Assembly (NCBI GenBank): GCA_964057225.1
Contig: OZ059899.1
Span: 4,650,001 to 4,714,000, forward strand
DNA: 64,000 bases
Direction: 5' to 3'
From: Auanema rhodensis
Taxonomy: Eukaryota > Animalia > Nematoda
Position numbers and translations under genes: made by a program. This document shows positions 39,400-55,100 of this stretch, piece by piece. Under the pieces are notes generated by a model. The model was given only the letters and a program-made list of their open reading frames with translations, did not search any database and was not told where the DNA came from. How positions within the stretch are numbered: position 1 is the first letter of the stretch; the number at the start of each line of letters is the position of its first letter.

Positions 39400-42300
39400 T
39401 AAGCTAGCGCAAATCTGATAACACAGATCGACGCAGCTTAAAAATCCGCATCGAATGCACTATACTACATTGAGAAACGCTTAATACAAAAATTAGATAT
39501 GATCGTTTGAAAAATGATGCATTAGTGTATGTTGAGTTTCCATGTACACTCAACATTGCTTCCAAAAACATTTTGACAAAAATTTTTTCGAAAAATTTCA
39601 AAATAATTCAGCAAAAAGTAGATGTTTTTAGATTCCTTTTTTCAAGGCAAAGACGATGGACAATGTTATTCAACGAAAAAATTTATTCTTCAGGGTGAAA
39701 ATCGAGGATATGTGTGTGAACTTATATCAGTTGATATCTCGGTGCATTTTTAAGCTAGCGCAAATCTGATAACACAGATCGACGCAGCTTAAAAATCCGC
39801 ATCGAATGCACTATACTACATTGAGAAACGCTTAATACAAAAATAAGTTATGATCGTTTGAAAAATGATGCATTAGTGTATGTTGAGTTTCCATGTACAC
39901 TCAACATTGCTTCCAAAAACATTTTGACAAAAATTTTTTCGAAAAATTTCAAAATAATTTAGCAAAAAGTAGATGTTTTTAGATTCCTTTTTTCAAGGCA
40001 AAGACGATGGACAATGTTATTCAACGAAAAAATTAGTTCTTCAGGGTGAAAATCGAGGATATAAGTGTGAACTTATATCAGTTGATATCTCGGTGCATTT
40101 TTAAGCTAGCGCAAATCTGATAACACAGATCGACGCAGCTTAAAAATCCGCATCGAATGCACTATACTACATTGAGAAACGCTTAATACAAAAATCAGTT
40201 ATGATCGTTTGAAAAATGATGCATTAGTGTATGTTGAGTTTCCATGTACACTCAACATTGCTTCCAAAAACATTTTGACAAAAATTTTTTCGAAAAATTT
40301 CATTATAATTTAGCAAAAAGTAGATGTTTTTAGATTCCTTTTTTCAAGGCAAAGACGATGGACAATGTTATTCAACGAAAAAATTAATTCTTCAGGGTGA
40401 AAATCGAGGATATATGTGTGAACTTATATCAGTTGATATCTCGGTGCATTTTTAAGCTAGCGCAAATCTGATAACACAGATCGACGCAGCTTAAAAATCC
40501 GCATCGAATGCACTATACTACATTGAGAAACGCTTAATACAAAAATTAGTTATGATCGTTTGAAAAATGATGCATTAGTGTATGTTGAGTTTCCATGTAC
40601 ACTCAACATTGCTTCCAAAAACATTTTGACAAAAATTTTTTCAAAAAATTTCAAAATAATTTAGCAAAAAGTAGATGTTTTTAGATTCCTTTTTTCAAGG
40701 CAAAGACGATGGACAATGTTATTCAACGAAAAAATTAATTCTTCAGGGTGAAAATCGAGGATATAAGTGTGAACTTATATCAGTTGATATCTCGGTGCAT
40801 TTTTAAGCTAGCGCAAATCTGATAACACAGATCGACGCAGCTTAAAAATCCGCATCGAATGCACTATACTACATTGAGAAACGCTTAATACAAAAATTAG
40901 TTATGATCGTTTGAAAAATGACGCATTAGTGTATGTTGAGTTTCCATGTACACTCAACATTGCTTCCAAAAACATTTTGACAAAAATTTTTTCGAAAAAT
41001 TTCAAAGTAATTCAGCAAAAAGTAGATGTTTTTAGATTCCTTTTTTCAAGGCAAAGACGATGGACAATGTTATTCAACGAAAAAATTAATTCTTCAGGGT
41101 GAAAATCGAGGATATAAGTGTGAACTTATATCAGTTGATATCTCGGTGCATTTTTAAGCTAGCGCAAATCTGATAACACAGATCGACGCAGCTTAAAAAT
41201 CCGCATCGAATGCACTATACTACATTGAGAAACGCTTAATACAAAAATTAGATATGATCGTTTGAAAAATGATGCATTAGTGTATGTTGAGTTTCCATGT
41301 ACACTCAACATTGCTTCCAAAAACATTTTGACAAAAATTTTTTCGAAAAATTTCAAAATAATTCAGCAAAAAGTAGATGTTTTTAGATTCCTTTTTTCAA
41401 GGCAAAGACGATGGACAATGTTATTCAACGAAAAAATTTATTCTTCAGGGTGAAAATCGAGGATATGTGTGTGAACTTATATCAGTTGATATCTCGGTGC
41501 ATTTTTAAGCTAGCGCAAATCTGATAACACAGATCGACGCAGCTTAAAAATCCGCATCGAATGCACTATACTACATTGAGAAACGCTTAATACAAAAATA
41601 AGTTATGATCGTTTGAAAAATGATGCATTAGTGTATGTTGAGTTTCCATGTACACTCAACATTGCTTCCAAAAACATTTTGACAAAAATTTTTTCGAAAA
41701 ATTTCAAAATAATTTAGCAAAAAGTAGATGTTTTTAGATTCCTTTTTTCAAGGCAAAGACGATGGACAATGTTATTCAACGAAAAAATTAGTTCTTCAGG
41801 GTGAAAATCGAGGATATAAGTGTGAACTTATATCAGTTGATATCTCGGTGCATTTTTAAGCTAGCGCAAATCTGATAACACAGATCGACGCAGCTTAAAA
41901 ATCCGCATCGAATGCACTATACTACATTGAGAAACGCTTAATACAAAAATCAGTTATGATCGTTTGAAAAATGATGCATTAGTGTATGTTGAGTTTCCAT
42001 GTACACTCAACATTGCTTCCAAAAACATTTTGACAAAAATTTTTTCGAAAAATTTCATTATAATTTAGCAAAAAGTAGATGTTTTTAGATTCCTTTTTTC
42101 AAGGCAAAGACGATGGACAATGTTATTCAACGAAAAAATTAATTCTTCAGGGTGAAAATCGAGGATATATGTGTGAACTTATATCAGTTGATATCTCGGT
42201 GCATTTTTAAGCTAGCGCAAATCTGATAACACAGATCGACGCAGCTTAAAAATCCGCATCGAATGCACTATACTACATTGAGAAACGCTTAATACAAAAA

Positions 42301-42750
42301 TTAGTTATGATCGTTTGAAAAATGATGCATTAGTGTATGTTGAGTTTCCATGTACACTCAACATTGCTTCCAAAAACATTTTGACAAAAATTTTTTCAAA
42401 AAATTTCAAAATAATTTAGCAAAAAGTAGATGTTTTTAGATTCCTTTTTTCAAGGCAAAGACGATGGACAATGTTATTCAACGAAAAAATTAATTCTTCA
42501 GGGTGAAAATCGAGGATATAAGTGTGAACTTATATCAGTTGATATCTCGGTGCATTTTTAAGCTAGCGCAAATCTGATAACACAGATCGACGCAGCTTAA
42601 AAATCCGCATCGAATGCACTATACTACATTGAGAAACGCTTAATACAAAAATTAGTTATGATCGTTTGAAAAATGACGCATTAGTGTATGTTGAGTTTCC
42701 ATGTACACTCAACATTGCTTCCAAAAACATTTTGACAAAAATTTTTTCGA
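39400..42750 (-). repeat. 5-monomer (1755-bp) tandem duplication
   Basis: ORF pairs 39404/41159 and 39507/41262. SNP markers at 40643/42398 and 40922/42677 are all 1755 bp apart. Confidence 0.85.
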
Positions 42751-42969
42751 AAAATTTCAAAATAATTTAGCAAAAAGTAGATGTTTTTAGATTCCTTTTT
42801 TCAAGGCAAAGACGATGGACAATGTTATTCAACGAAAAAATTAATTCTTCAGGGTGAAAATCGAGGATATAAGTGTGAACTTATATCAGTTGATATCTCG
42901 GTGCATTTTTAAGCTAGCGCAAATCTGATAACACGGATCGACGCAGCTTAAAAATCCGCATCGAATGCA

Positions 42970-45900
42970 CTATACTACATTGAGAAACGCTTAATACAAA
43001 AATAAGTTATGATCGTTTGAAAAATGATGCATTAGTGTATGTTGAGTTTCCATGTACACTCAACATTGCTTCCAAAAACATTTTGACAAAAATTTTTTCG
43101 AAAAATTTCAAAATAATTTAGCAAAAAGTAGATGTTTTCAGATTCCTTTTTTCAAGGCAAAGATGATGGACAATGTTATTCAACGAAAAAATTAATTCTT
43201 CATTGTGAAAATCGAGGATATAAGTGTGAACTTATATCAGTTAATATCTCGGTGCATTTTTAAGCTAGCGCAAATCTGATAACACAGATCGACGCAGCTT
43301 AAAAATCCGCATCGAATGCACTATATTACATTGAGAAACGCTTAATACAAAAATTAGTTATGATCGTTTGAAAAATGATGCATTAGTGTATGTTGAGTTT
43401 CCATGTACACTCAACATTGCTTCCAAAAACATTTTGACAAAAATTTTTTCGAAAAATTTCAAAATAATTCAGCAAAAAGTAGATGTTTTTAGATTCCTTT
43501 TTTCAAGGCAAAGACGATGGACAATGTTATTCAACGAAAAAATTGATTCTTCAGGGTGAAAATCGAGGATATGTGTGTGAACTTATATCAGTTGATATCT
43601 CGGTGCATTTTTAAGCTAGCGCAAATCTGATAACACAGATCGACGCAGCTTAAAAATCCGCATCGAATGCACTATACTACATTGAGAAACGCTTAATACA
43701 AAAATTAGTTATGATCGTTTGAAAAATGATGCATTAGTGTATGTTGAGTTTCCATGTACACTCAACATTGCTTCCAAAAACATTTTGACAAAAATTTTTT
43801 CGAAAAATTTCAAAATAATTTAGCAAAAAGTAGATGTTTTTAGATTCCTTTTCTCAAGGCAAAGACGATGGACAATGTTATTCAACGAAAAAATTAATTC
43901 TTCATTGTGAAAATCGAGGATATAAGTGTGAACTTATATCAGTTAATATCTCGGTGCATTTTTAAGCTAGCGCAAATCTGATAACACAGATCGACGCAGC
44001 TTAAAAATCCGCATCGAATGCACTATACTACATTGAGAAACGCTTAATACAAAAATTAGATATGATCGTTTGAAAAATGATGCATTAGTGTATGTTGAGT
44101 TTCCATGTACACTCAACATTGCTTCCAAAAACATTTTGACAAAAATTTTTTCGAAAAATTTCATTATAATTTAGCAAAAAGTAGATGTTTTTAGATTCCT
44201 TTTTTCAAGGCAAAGACGATGGACAATGTTATTCAACGAAAAAATTAGTTCTTCAGGGTGAAAATCGAGGATATAAGTGTGAACTTATATCAGTTGATAT
44301 CTCGGTGCATTTTTAAGCTAGCGCAAATCTGATAACACAGATCGACGCAGCTTAAAAATCCGCATCGAATGCACTATACTACATTGAGGAACGCTCAATA
44401 CAAAAATAAGTTATGATCGTTTGAAAAATGATGCATTAGTGTATGTTGAGTTTCCATGTACACTCAACATTGCTTCCAAAAACATTTTGACAAAAATTTT
44501 TTCGAAAAATTTCAAAATAATTTAGCAAAAAGTAGATGTTTTTAGATTCCTTTTTTCAAGGCAAAGACGATGGACAATGTTATTCAACGAAAAAATTAGT
44601 TCTTCAGGGTGAAAATCGAGGATATAAGTGTGAACTTATATCAGTTGATATCTCGGTGCATTTTTAAGCTAGCGCAAATCTGATAACACAGATCGACGCA
44701 GCTTAAAAATCCGCATCGAATGCACTATACTACATTGAGAAACGCTCAATACAAAAATAAGTTATGATCGTTTGAAAAATGATGCATTAGTGTATGTTGA
44801 GTTTCCATGTACACTCAGCATTGCTTCCAAAAACATTTTGACAAAAATTTTTTCAAAAAATTTCAAAATAATTTAGCAAAAAGTAGATGTTTTTAGATTC
44901 CTTTTTTCAAGGCAAAGACGATGGACAATGTTATTCAACGAAAAAATTAATTCTTCAGGGTGAAAATCGAGGATATAAGTGTGAACTTATATCAGTTGAT
45001 ATCTCGGTGCATTTGTAAGCTAGCGCAAATCTGATAACACAGATCGACGCAGCTTAAAAATCCGCATCGAATGCACTATACTACATTGAGAAACGCTTAA
45101 TACAAAAATAAGTTATGATCGTTTGAAAAATGATGCATTAGTGTATGTTGAGTTTCCATGTACACTCAACATTGCTTCCAAAAACATTTTGACAAAAATT
45201 TTTTCGAAAAATTTCATTATAATTTAGCAAAAAGTAGATGTTTTTAGATTCCTTTTTTCAAGGCAAAGACGATGGACAATGTTATTCAACGAAAAAATTA
45301 ATTCTTCAGGGTGAAAATCGAGGATATATGTGTGAACTTATATCAGTTGATATCTCGGTGCATTTTTAAGCTAGCGCAAATCTGATAACACAGATCGACG
45401 CAGCTTAAAAATCCGCATCGAATGCACTATACTACATTGAGAAACGCTTAATACAAAAATTAGTTATGATCGTTTGAAAAATGACGCATTAGTGTATGTT
45501 GAGTTTCCATGTACACTCAACATTGCTTCCAAAAACATTTTGACAAAAATTTTTTTACGAAAAATTTCAAAATAATTTAGCAAAAAGTAGATGTTTTTAG
45601 ATTCCTTTTTTCAAGGCAAAGACGATGGACAATATTATTCAACGAAAAAATTAATTCTTCAGGGTGAAAATCGAGGATATAAGTGTGAACTAATATCAGT
45701 TGATATCTCGGTGCATTTTTAATCTAGCGCAAATCTGATAACACGGATCGACGCAGCTTAAAAATCCGCATCGAATGCACTATACTACATTGAGAAACGC
45801 TTAATACAAAAATCAGTTATGATCGTTTGAAAAATGATGCATTAGTGTATGTTGAGTTTCCATGTACACTCAACATTGCTTCCAAAAACATTTTGACAAA

Positions 45901-48900
45901 AATTTTTTCGAAAAATTTCAAAGTAATTCAGCAAAAAGTAGATGTTTTTAGATTCCTTTTTTCAAGGCAAAGACGATCGACAATGTTATTCAACGAAAAA
46001 ATTGATTCTTCAGGGTGAAAATCGAGGATATGTGTGTGAACTTATATCAGTTGATATCTCGGTGCATTTTTAAGCTAGCGCAAATCTGATAACACAGATC
46101 GACGCAGCTTAAAAATCCGCATCGAATGCACTATACTACATTTAGAAACGCTTAATACAAAAATAAGTTATGATCGTTTGAAAAATGATGCATTAGTGTA
46201 TGTTGAGTTTCCATGTACACTCAACATTGCTTCCAAAAACATTTTGACAAAAATTTTTTCGAAAAATTTCAAAATAATTTAGCAAAAAGTAGATGTTTTT
46301 AGATTCCTTTTTTCAAGGCAAAGACGATGGACAATGTTATTCAACGAAAAAATTAATTCTTCAGGGTGAAAATCGAGGATATAAGTGTGAACTTATATCA
46401 GTTGATATCTCGGTGCATTTTTAAGCTAGCGCAAATCTGATAACACAGATCGACGCAGCTTAAAAATCCGCATCGAATGCACTATACTACATTTAGAAAC
46501 GCTTAATACAAAAATAAGTTATGATCGTTTGAAAAATGATGCATTAGTGTATGTTGAGTTTCCATGTACACTCAACATTGCTTCCAAAAACATTTTGACA
46601 AAAATTTTTTCGAAAAATTTCAAAATAATTTAGCAAAAAGTAGATGTTTTTAGATTCCTTTTTTCAAGGCAAAGACGATGGACAATGTTATTCAACGAAA
46701 AAATTAATTCTTCAGGGTGAAAATCGAGGATATAAGTGTGAACTTATATCAGTTGATATCTCGGTGCATTTTTAAGCTAGCGCAAATCTGATAACACAGA
46801 TCGACGCAGCTTAAAAATCCGCATCGAATGCACTATACTACATTTAGAAACGCTTAATACAAAAATAAGTTATGATCGTTTGAAAAATGATGCATTAGTG
46901 TATGTTGAGTTTCCATGTACACTCAACATTGCTTCCAAAAACATTTTGACAAAAATTTTTTCGAAAAATTTCAAAATAATTTAGCAAAAAGTAGATGTTT
47001 TCAGATTCCTTTTTTCAAGGCAAAGATGATGGACAATGTTATTCAACGAAAAAATTAATTCTTCATTGTGAAAATCGAGGATATAAGTGTGAACTTATAT
47101 CAGTTAATATCTCGGTGCATTTTTAAGCTAGCGCAAATCTGATAACACAGATCGACGCAGCTTAAAAATCCGCATCGAATGCACTATATTACATTGAGAA
47201 ACGCTTAATACAAAAATTAGTTATGATCGTTTGAAAAATGATGCATTAGTGTATGTTGAGTTTCCATGTACACTCAACATTGCTTCCAAAAACATTTTGA
47301 CAAAAATTTTTTCGAAAAATTTCAAAATAATTCAGCAAAAAGTAGATGTTTTTAGATTCCTTTTTTCAAGGCAAAGACGATGGACAATGTTATTCAACGA
47401 AAAAATTGATTCTTCAGGGTGAAAATCGAGGATATGTGTGTGAACTTATATCAGTTGATATCTCGGTGCATTTTTAAGCTAGCGCAAATCTGATAACACA
47501 GATCGACGCAGCTTAAAAATCCGCATCGAATGCACTATACTACATTGAGAAACGCTTAATACAAAAATTAGTTATGATCGTTTGAAAAATGATGCATTAG
47601 TGTATGTTGAGTTTCCATGTACACTCAACATTGCTTCCAAAAACATTTTGACAAAAATTTTTTCGAAAAATTTCAAAATAATTTAGCAAAAAGTAGATGT
47701 TTTTAGATTCCTTTTTTCAAGGCAAAGACGATGGACAATGTTATTCAACGAAAAAATTAATTCTTCATTGTGAAAATCGAGGATATAAGTGTGAACTTAT
47801 ATCAGTTAATATCTCGGTGCATTTTTAAGCTAGCGCAAATCTGATAACACAGATCGACGCAGCTTAAAAATCCGCATCGAATGCACTATACTACATTGAG
47901 AAACGCTTAATACAAAAATTAGATATGATCGTTTGAAAAATGATGCATTAGTGTATGTTGAGTTTCCATGTACACTCAACATTGCTTCCAAAAACATTTT
48001 GACAAAAATTTTTTCGAAAAATTTCATTATAATTTAGCAAAAAGTAGATGTTTTTAGATTCCTTTTTTCAAGGCAAAGACGATGGACAATGTTATTCAAC
48101 GAAAAAATTAGTTCTTCAGGGTGAAAATCGAGGATATAAGTGTGAACTTATATCAGTTGATATCTCGGTGCATTTTTAAGCTAGCGCAAATCTGATAACA
48201 CAGATCGACGCAGCTTAAAAATCCGCATCGAATGCACTATACTACATTGAGGAACGCTCAATACAAAAATAAGTTATGATCGTTTGAAAAATGATGCATT
48301 AGTGTATGTTGAGTTTCCATGTACACTCAACATTGCTTCCAAAAACATTTTGACAAAAATTTTTTCGAAAAATTTCAAAATAATTTAGCAAAAAGTAGAT
48401 GTTTTTAGATTCCTTTTTTCAAGGCAAAGACGATGGACAATGTTATTCAACGAAAAAATTAGTTCTTCAGGGTGAAAATCGAGGATATAAGTGTGAACTT
48501 ATATCAGTTGATATCTCGGTGCATTTTTAAGCTAGCGCAAATCTGATAACACAGATCGACGCAGCTTAAAAATCCGCATCGAATGCACTATACTACATTG
48601 AGAAACGCTTAATACAAAAATAAGTTATGATCGTTTGAAAAATGATGCATTAGTGTATGTTGAGTTTCCATGTACACTCAACATTGCTTCCAAAAACATT
48701 TTGACAAAAATTTTTTCGAAAAATTTCATTATAATTTAGCAAAAAGTAGATGTTTTTAGATTTCTTTTTTCAAGGCAAAGACGATGGACAATGTTATTCA
48801 ACGAAAAAATTAATTCTTCAGGGTGAAAATCGAGGATATAAGTGTGAACTTATATCAGTTGATATCTCGGTGCATTTTTAAGCTAGCGCAAATCTGATAA

Positions 48901-51900
48901 CACAGATCGACGCAGCTTAAAAATCCGCATCGAATGCACTATACTACATTGAGAAACGCTTAATACAAAAATAAGTTATGATCGTTTGAAAAATGATGCA
49001 TTAGTGTATGTTGAGTTTCCATGTACACTCAACATTGCTTCCAAAAACATTTTGACAAAAATTTTTTCGAAAAATTTCATTATAATTTAGCAAAAAGTAG
49101 ATGTTTTTAGATTCCTTTTTTCAAGGCAAAGACGATGGACAATGTTATTCAACGAAAAAATTAATTCTTCAGGGTGAAAATCGAGGATATATGTGTGAAC
49201 TTATATCAGTTGATATCTCGGTGCATTTTTAAGCTAGCGCAAATCTGATAACACAGATCGACGCAGCTTAAAAATCCGCATCGAATGCACTATACTACAT
49301 TGAGAAACGCTTAATACAAAAATTAGATATGATCGTTTGAAAAATGATGCATTAGTGTATGTTGAGTTTCCATGTACACTCAACATTGCTTCCAAAAACA
49401 TTTTGACAAAAATTTTTTCGAAAAATTTCATTATAATTTAGCAAAAAGTAGATGTTTTTAGATTCCTTTTTTCAAGGCAAAGACGATGGACAATGTTATT
49501 CAACGAAAAAATTAGTTCTTCAGGGTGAAAATCGAGGATATAAGTGTGAACTTATATCAGTTGATATCTCGGTGCATTTTTAAGCTAGCGCAAATCTGAT
49601 AACACAGATCGACGCAGCTTAAAAATCCGCATCGAATGCACTATACTACATTGAGGAACGCTCAATACAAAAATAAGTTATGATCGTTTGAAAAATGATG
49701 CATTAGTGTATGTTGAGTTTCCATGTACACTCAACATTGCTTCCAAAAACATTTTGACAAAAATTTTTTCGAAAAATTTCAAAATAATTTAGCAAAAAGT
49801 AGATGTTTTTAGATTCCTTTTTTCAAGGCAAAGACGATGGACAATGTTATTCAACGAAAAAATTAGTTCTTCAGGGTGAAAATCGAGGATATAAGTGTGA
49901 ACTTATATCAGTTGATATCTCGGTGCATTTTTAAGCTAGCGCAAATCTGATAACACAGATCGACGCAGCTTAAAAATCCGCATCGAATGCACTATACTAC
50001 ATTGAGAAACGCTTAATACAAAAATAAGTTATGATCGTTTGAAAAATGATGCATTAGTGTATGTTGAGTTTCCATGTACACTCAACATTGCTTCCAAAAA
50101 CATTTTGACAAAAATTTTTTCGAAAAATTTCATTATAATTTAGCAAAAAGTAGATGTTTTTAGATTTCTTTTTTCAAGGCAAAGACGATGGACAATGTTA
50201 TTCAACGAAAAAATTAATTCTTCAGGGTGAAAATCGAGGATATAAGTGTGAACTTATATCAGTTGATATCTCGGTGCATTTTTAAGCTAGCGCAAATCTG
50301 ATAACACAGATCGACGCAGCTTAAAAATCCGCATCGAATGCACTATACTACATTGAGAAACGCTTAATACAAAAATAAGTTATGATCGTTTGAAAAATGA
50401 TGCATTAGTGTATGTTGAGTTTCCATGTACACTCAACATTGCTTCCAAAAACATTTTGACAAAAATTTTTTCGAAAAATTTCATTATAATTTAGCAAAAA
50501 GTAGATGTTTTTAGATTCCTTTTTTCAAGGCAAAGACGATGGACAATGTTATTCAACGAAAAAATTAATTCTTCAGGGTGAAAATCGAGGATATATGTGT
50601 GAACTTATATCAGTTGATATCTCGGTGCATTTTTAAGCTAGCGCAAATCTGATAACACAGATCGACGCAGCTTAAAAATCCGCATCGAATGCACTATACT
50701 ACATTGAGAAACGCTTAATACAAAAATTAGTTATGATCGTTTGAAAAATGACGCATTAGTGTATGTTGAGTTTCCATGTACACTCAACATTGCTTCCAAA
50801 AACATTTTGACAAAAATTTTTTTACGAAAAATTTCAAAATAATTTAGCAAAAAGTAGATGTTTTTAGATTCCTTTTTTCAAGGCAAAGACGATGGACAAT
50901 ATTATTCAACGAAAAAATTAATTCTTCAGGGTGAAAATCGAGGATATAAGTGTGAACTAATATCAGTTGATATCTCGGTGCATTTTTAATCTAGCGCAAA
51001 TCTGATAACACGGATCGACGCAGCTTAAAAATCCGCATCGAATGCACTATACTACATTGAGAAACGCTTAATACAAAAATCAGTTATGATCGTTTGAAAA
51101 ATGATGCATTAGTGTATGTTGAGTTTCCATGTACACTCAACATTGCTTCCAAAAACATTTTGACAAAAATTTTTTCGAAAAATTTCAAAGTAATTCAGCA
51201 AAAAGTAGATGTTTTTAGATTCCTTTTTTCAAGGCAAAGACGATCGACAATGTTATTCAACGAAAAAATTGATTCTTCAGGGTGAAAATCGAGGATATGT
51301 GTGTGAACTTATATCAGTTGATATCTCGGTGCATTTTTAAGCTAGCGCAAATCTGATAACACAGATCGACGCAGCTTAAAAATCCGCATCGAATGCACTA
51401 TACTACATTTAGAAACGCTTAATACAAAAATAAGTTATGATCGTTTGAAAAATGATGCATTAGTGTATGTTGAGTTTCCATGTACACTCAACATTGCTTC
51501 CAAAAACATTTTGACAAAAATTTTTTCGAAAAATTTCAAAATAATTTAGCAAAAAGTAGATGTTTTTAGATTCCTTTTTTCAAGGCAAAGACGATGGACA
51601 ATGTTATTCAACGAAAAAATTAATTCTTCAGGGTGAAAATCGAGGATATAAGTGTGAACTTATATCAGTTGATATCTCGGTGCATTTTTAAGCTAGCGCA
51701 AATCTGATAACACAGATCGACGCAGCTTAAAAATCCGCATCGAATGCACTATACTACATTTAGAAACGCTTAATACAAAAATAAGTTATGATCGTTTGAA
51801 AAATGATGCATTAGTGTATGTTGAGTTTCCATGTACACTCAACATTGCTTCCAAAAACATTTTGACAAAAATTTTTTCGAAAAATTTCAAAATAATTTAG

Positions 51901-52100
51901 CAAAAAGTAGATGTTTTTAGATTCCTTTTTTCAAGGCAAAGACGATGGACAATGTTATTCAACGAAAAAATTAATTCTTCAGGGTGAAAATCGAGGATAT
52001 AAGTGTGAACTTATATCAGTTGATATCTCGGTGCATTTTTAAGCTAGCGCAAATCTGATAACACAGATCGACGCAGCTTAAAAATCCGCATCGAATGCAC
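42970..52100 (-). repeat. 11-mer block duplicated, with the second copy expanded to a 15-mer by an internal 4-mer duplication
   Basis: Markers 43139/47002, 43368/47231 and 43967/47830 are offset 3863 (11x351+2). 47830/49234 is offset 1404. The +2-bp insertion at 45557/50824 and ORFs 45827/51094 are offset 5267 (15x351+2). Boundaries are approximate. Confidence 0.82.
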
Positions 52101-55100
52101 TATACTACATTTAAAAACGCTTAATACAAAAATAAGTTATGATCGTTTGAAAAATGATGCATTAGTGTATGTTGAGTTTCCATGTACACTCAACATTGCT
52201 TCCAAAAACATTTTGACAAAAATTTTTTCGAAAAATTTCATTATAATTTAGCAAAAAGTAGATGTTTTTAGATTCCTTTTTTCAAGGCAAAGACGATGGA
52301 CAATGTTATTCAACGAAAAAATTAATTCTTCAGGGTGAAAATCGAGGATATAAGTGTGAACTTATATCAGTTGATATCTCGGTGCATTTTTAAGCTAGCG
52401 CAAATCTGATAACACAGATCGGCGCAGCTTAAAAATCCGCATCGAATGCACTATACTACATTGAGAAACGCTTAATACAAAAATAAGTTATGATCGTTTG
52501 AAAAATGATGCATTAGTGTATGTTGAGTTTCCATGTACACTCAACATTGCTTCCAAAAACATTTTGACAAAAATTTTTTCGAAAAATTTCAAAATAATTT
52601 AGCAAAAAGTAGATGTTTTTAGATTCCTTTTTTCAAGGCAAAGACGATGGACAATGTTATTCAACGAAAAAATTAATTCTTCAGGGTGAAAATCGAGGAT
52701 ATATGTGTGAACTTATATCAGTTGATATCTCGGTGCATTTTTAAGCTAGCGCAAATCTGATAACACAGATCGACGCAGCTTAAAAATCCGCATCGAATGC
52801 ACTATACTACATTTAGAAACGCTTAATACGAAAATCAGTTATGATCGTTTGAAAAATGATGCATTAGTGTATGTTGAGTTTCCATGTACACTCAACATTG
52901 CTTCCAAAAACATTTTGACAAAAATTTTTTCGAAAAATTTCAAAATAATTTAGCAAAAAGTAGATGTTTTTAGATTCCTTTTTTCAAGGCAAAGACGATG
53001 GACAATGTTATTCAACGAAAAAATTAATTCTTCAGGGTGAAAATCGAGGATATAAGTGTGAACTTATATCAGTTGATATCTCGGTGCATTTTTAAGCTAG
53101 CGCAAATCTGATAACACAGATCGACGCAGCTTAAAAATCCGCATCGAATGCACTATACTACATTTAGAAACGCTTAATACAAAAATAAGTTATGATCGTT
53201 TGAAAAATGATGCATTAGTGTATGTTGAGTTTCCATGTACACTCAACATTGCTTCCAAAAACATTTTGACAAAAATTTTTTCGAAAAATTTCAAAATAAT
53301 TTAGCAAAAAGTAGATGTTTTTAGATTCCTTTTTTCAAGGCAAAGACGATGGACAATGTTATTCAACGAAAAAATTAATTCTTCAGGGTGAAAATCGAGG
53401 ATATAAGTGTGAACTTATATCAGTTGATATCTCGGTGCATTTTTAAGCTAGCGCAAATCTGATAACACAGATCGACGCAGCTTAAAAATCCGCATCGAAT
53501 GCACTATACTACATTTAGAAACGCTTAATACAAAAATAAGTTATGATCGTTTGAAAAATGATGCATTAGTGTATGTTGAGTTTCCATGTACACTCAACAT
53601 TGCTTCCAAAAACATTTTGACAAAAATTTTTTCGAAAAATTTCATTATAATTTAGCAAAAAGTAGATGTTTTTAGATTCCTTTTTTCAAGGCAAAGACGA
53701 TGGACAATGTTATTCAACAAAAAAATTAATTCTTCAGGGTGAAAATCGAGGATATAAGTGTGAACTTATATCAGTTGATATCTCGGTGCATTTTTAAGCT
53801 AGCGCAAATCTGATAACACAGATCGGCGCAGCTTAAAAATCCGCATCGAATGCACTATACTACATTGAGAAACGCTTAATACAAAAATAAGTTATGATCG
53901 TTTGAAAAATGATGCATTAGTGTATGTTGAGTTTCCATGTACACTCAACATTGCTTCCAAAAACATTTTGACAAAAATTTTTTCGAAAAATTTCAAAATA
54001 ATTTAGCAAAAAGTAGATGTTTTTAGATTCCTTTTTTCGAGGCAAAGACGATGGACAATGTTATTCAACGAAAAAATTAATTCTTCAGGGTGAAAATCGA
54101 GGATATATGTGTGAACTTATATCAGTTGATATCTCGGTGCATTTTTAAGCTAGCGCAAATCTGATAACACAGATCGACGCAGCTTAAAAATCCGCATCGA
54201 ATGCACTATACTACATTTAGAAACGCTTAATACGAAAATCAGTTATGATCGTTTGAAAAATGATGCATTAGTGTATGTTGAGTTTCCATGTACACTCAAC
54301 ATTGCTTCCAAAAACATTTTGACAAAAATTTTTTCGAAAAATTTCAAAATAATTTAGCAAAAAGTAGATGTTTTTAGATTCCTTTTTTCAAGGCAAAGAC
54401 GATGGACAATGTTATTCAACGAAAAAATTAATTCTTCAGGGTGAAAATCGAGGATATAAGTGTGAACTTATATCAGTTGATATCTCGGTGCATTTTTAAG
54501 CTAGCGCAAATCTGATAACACAGATCGACGCAGCTTAAAAATCCGCATCGAATGCACTATACTACATTGAGAAACGCTTAATACAAAAATCAGTTATGAT
54601 CGTTTGAAAAATGATGCATTAGTGTATGTTGAGTTTCCATGTACACTCAACATTGCTTCCAAAAACATTTTGACAAAAATTTTTTCGAAAAATTTCAAAA
54701 TAATTTAGCAAAAAGTAGATGTTTTTAGATTCCTTTTTTCAAGGCAAAGACGATGGACAATGTTATTCAACGAAAAAATTAATTCTTCAGGGTGAAAATC
54801 GAGGATATAAGTGTGAACTTATATCAGTTGATATCTCGGTGCATTTTTAAGCTAGCGCAAATCTGATAACACAGATCGACGCAGCTTAAAAATCCGCATC
54901 GAATGCACTATACTACATTGAGAAACGCTTAATACAAAAATAAGTTATGATCGTTTGAAAAATGATGCATTAGTGTATGTTGAGTTTCCATGTACACTCA
55001 ACATTGCTTCCAAAAACATTTTGACAAAAATTTTTTCGAAAAATTTCAAAATAATTTAGCAAAAAGTAGATGTTTTTAGATTCCTTTTTTCAAGGCAAAG

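Noticed and set aside
39404-49431. Repeated 65-aa - strand ORFs (MKFFEKIFVKM...)
   Set aside because: They depend on SNPs removing TAA/TGA stops in five monomers. They overlap the opposite-strand ORF and track the block duplications, so they are chance ORFs.
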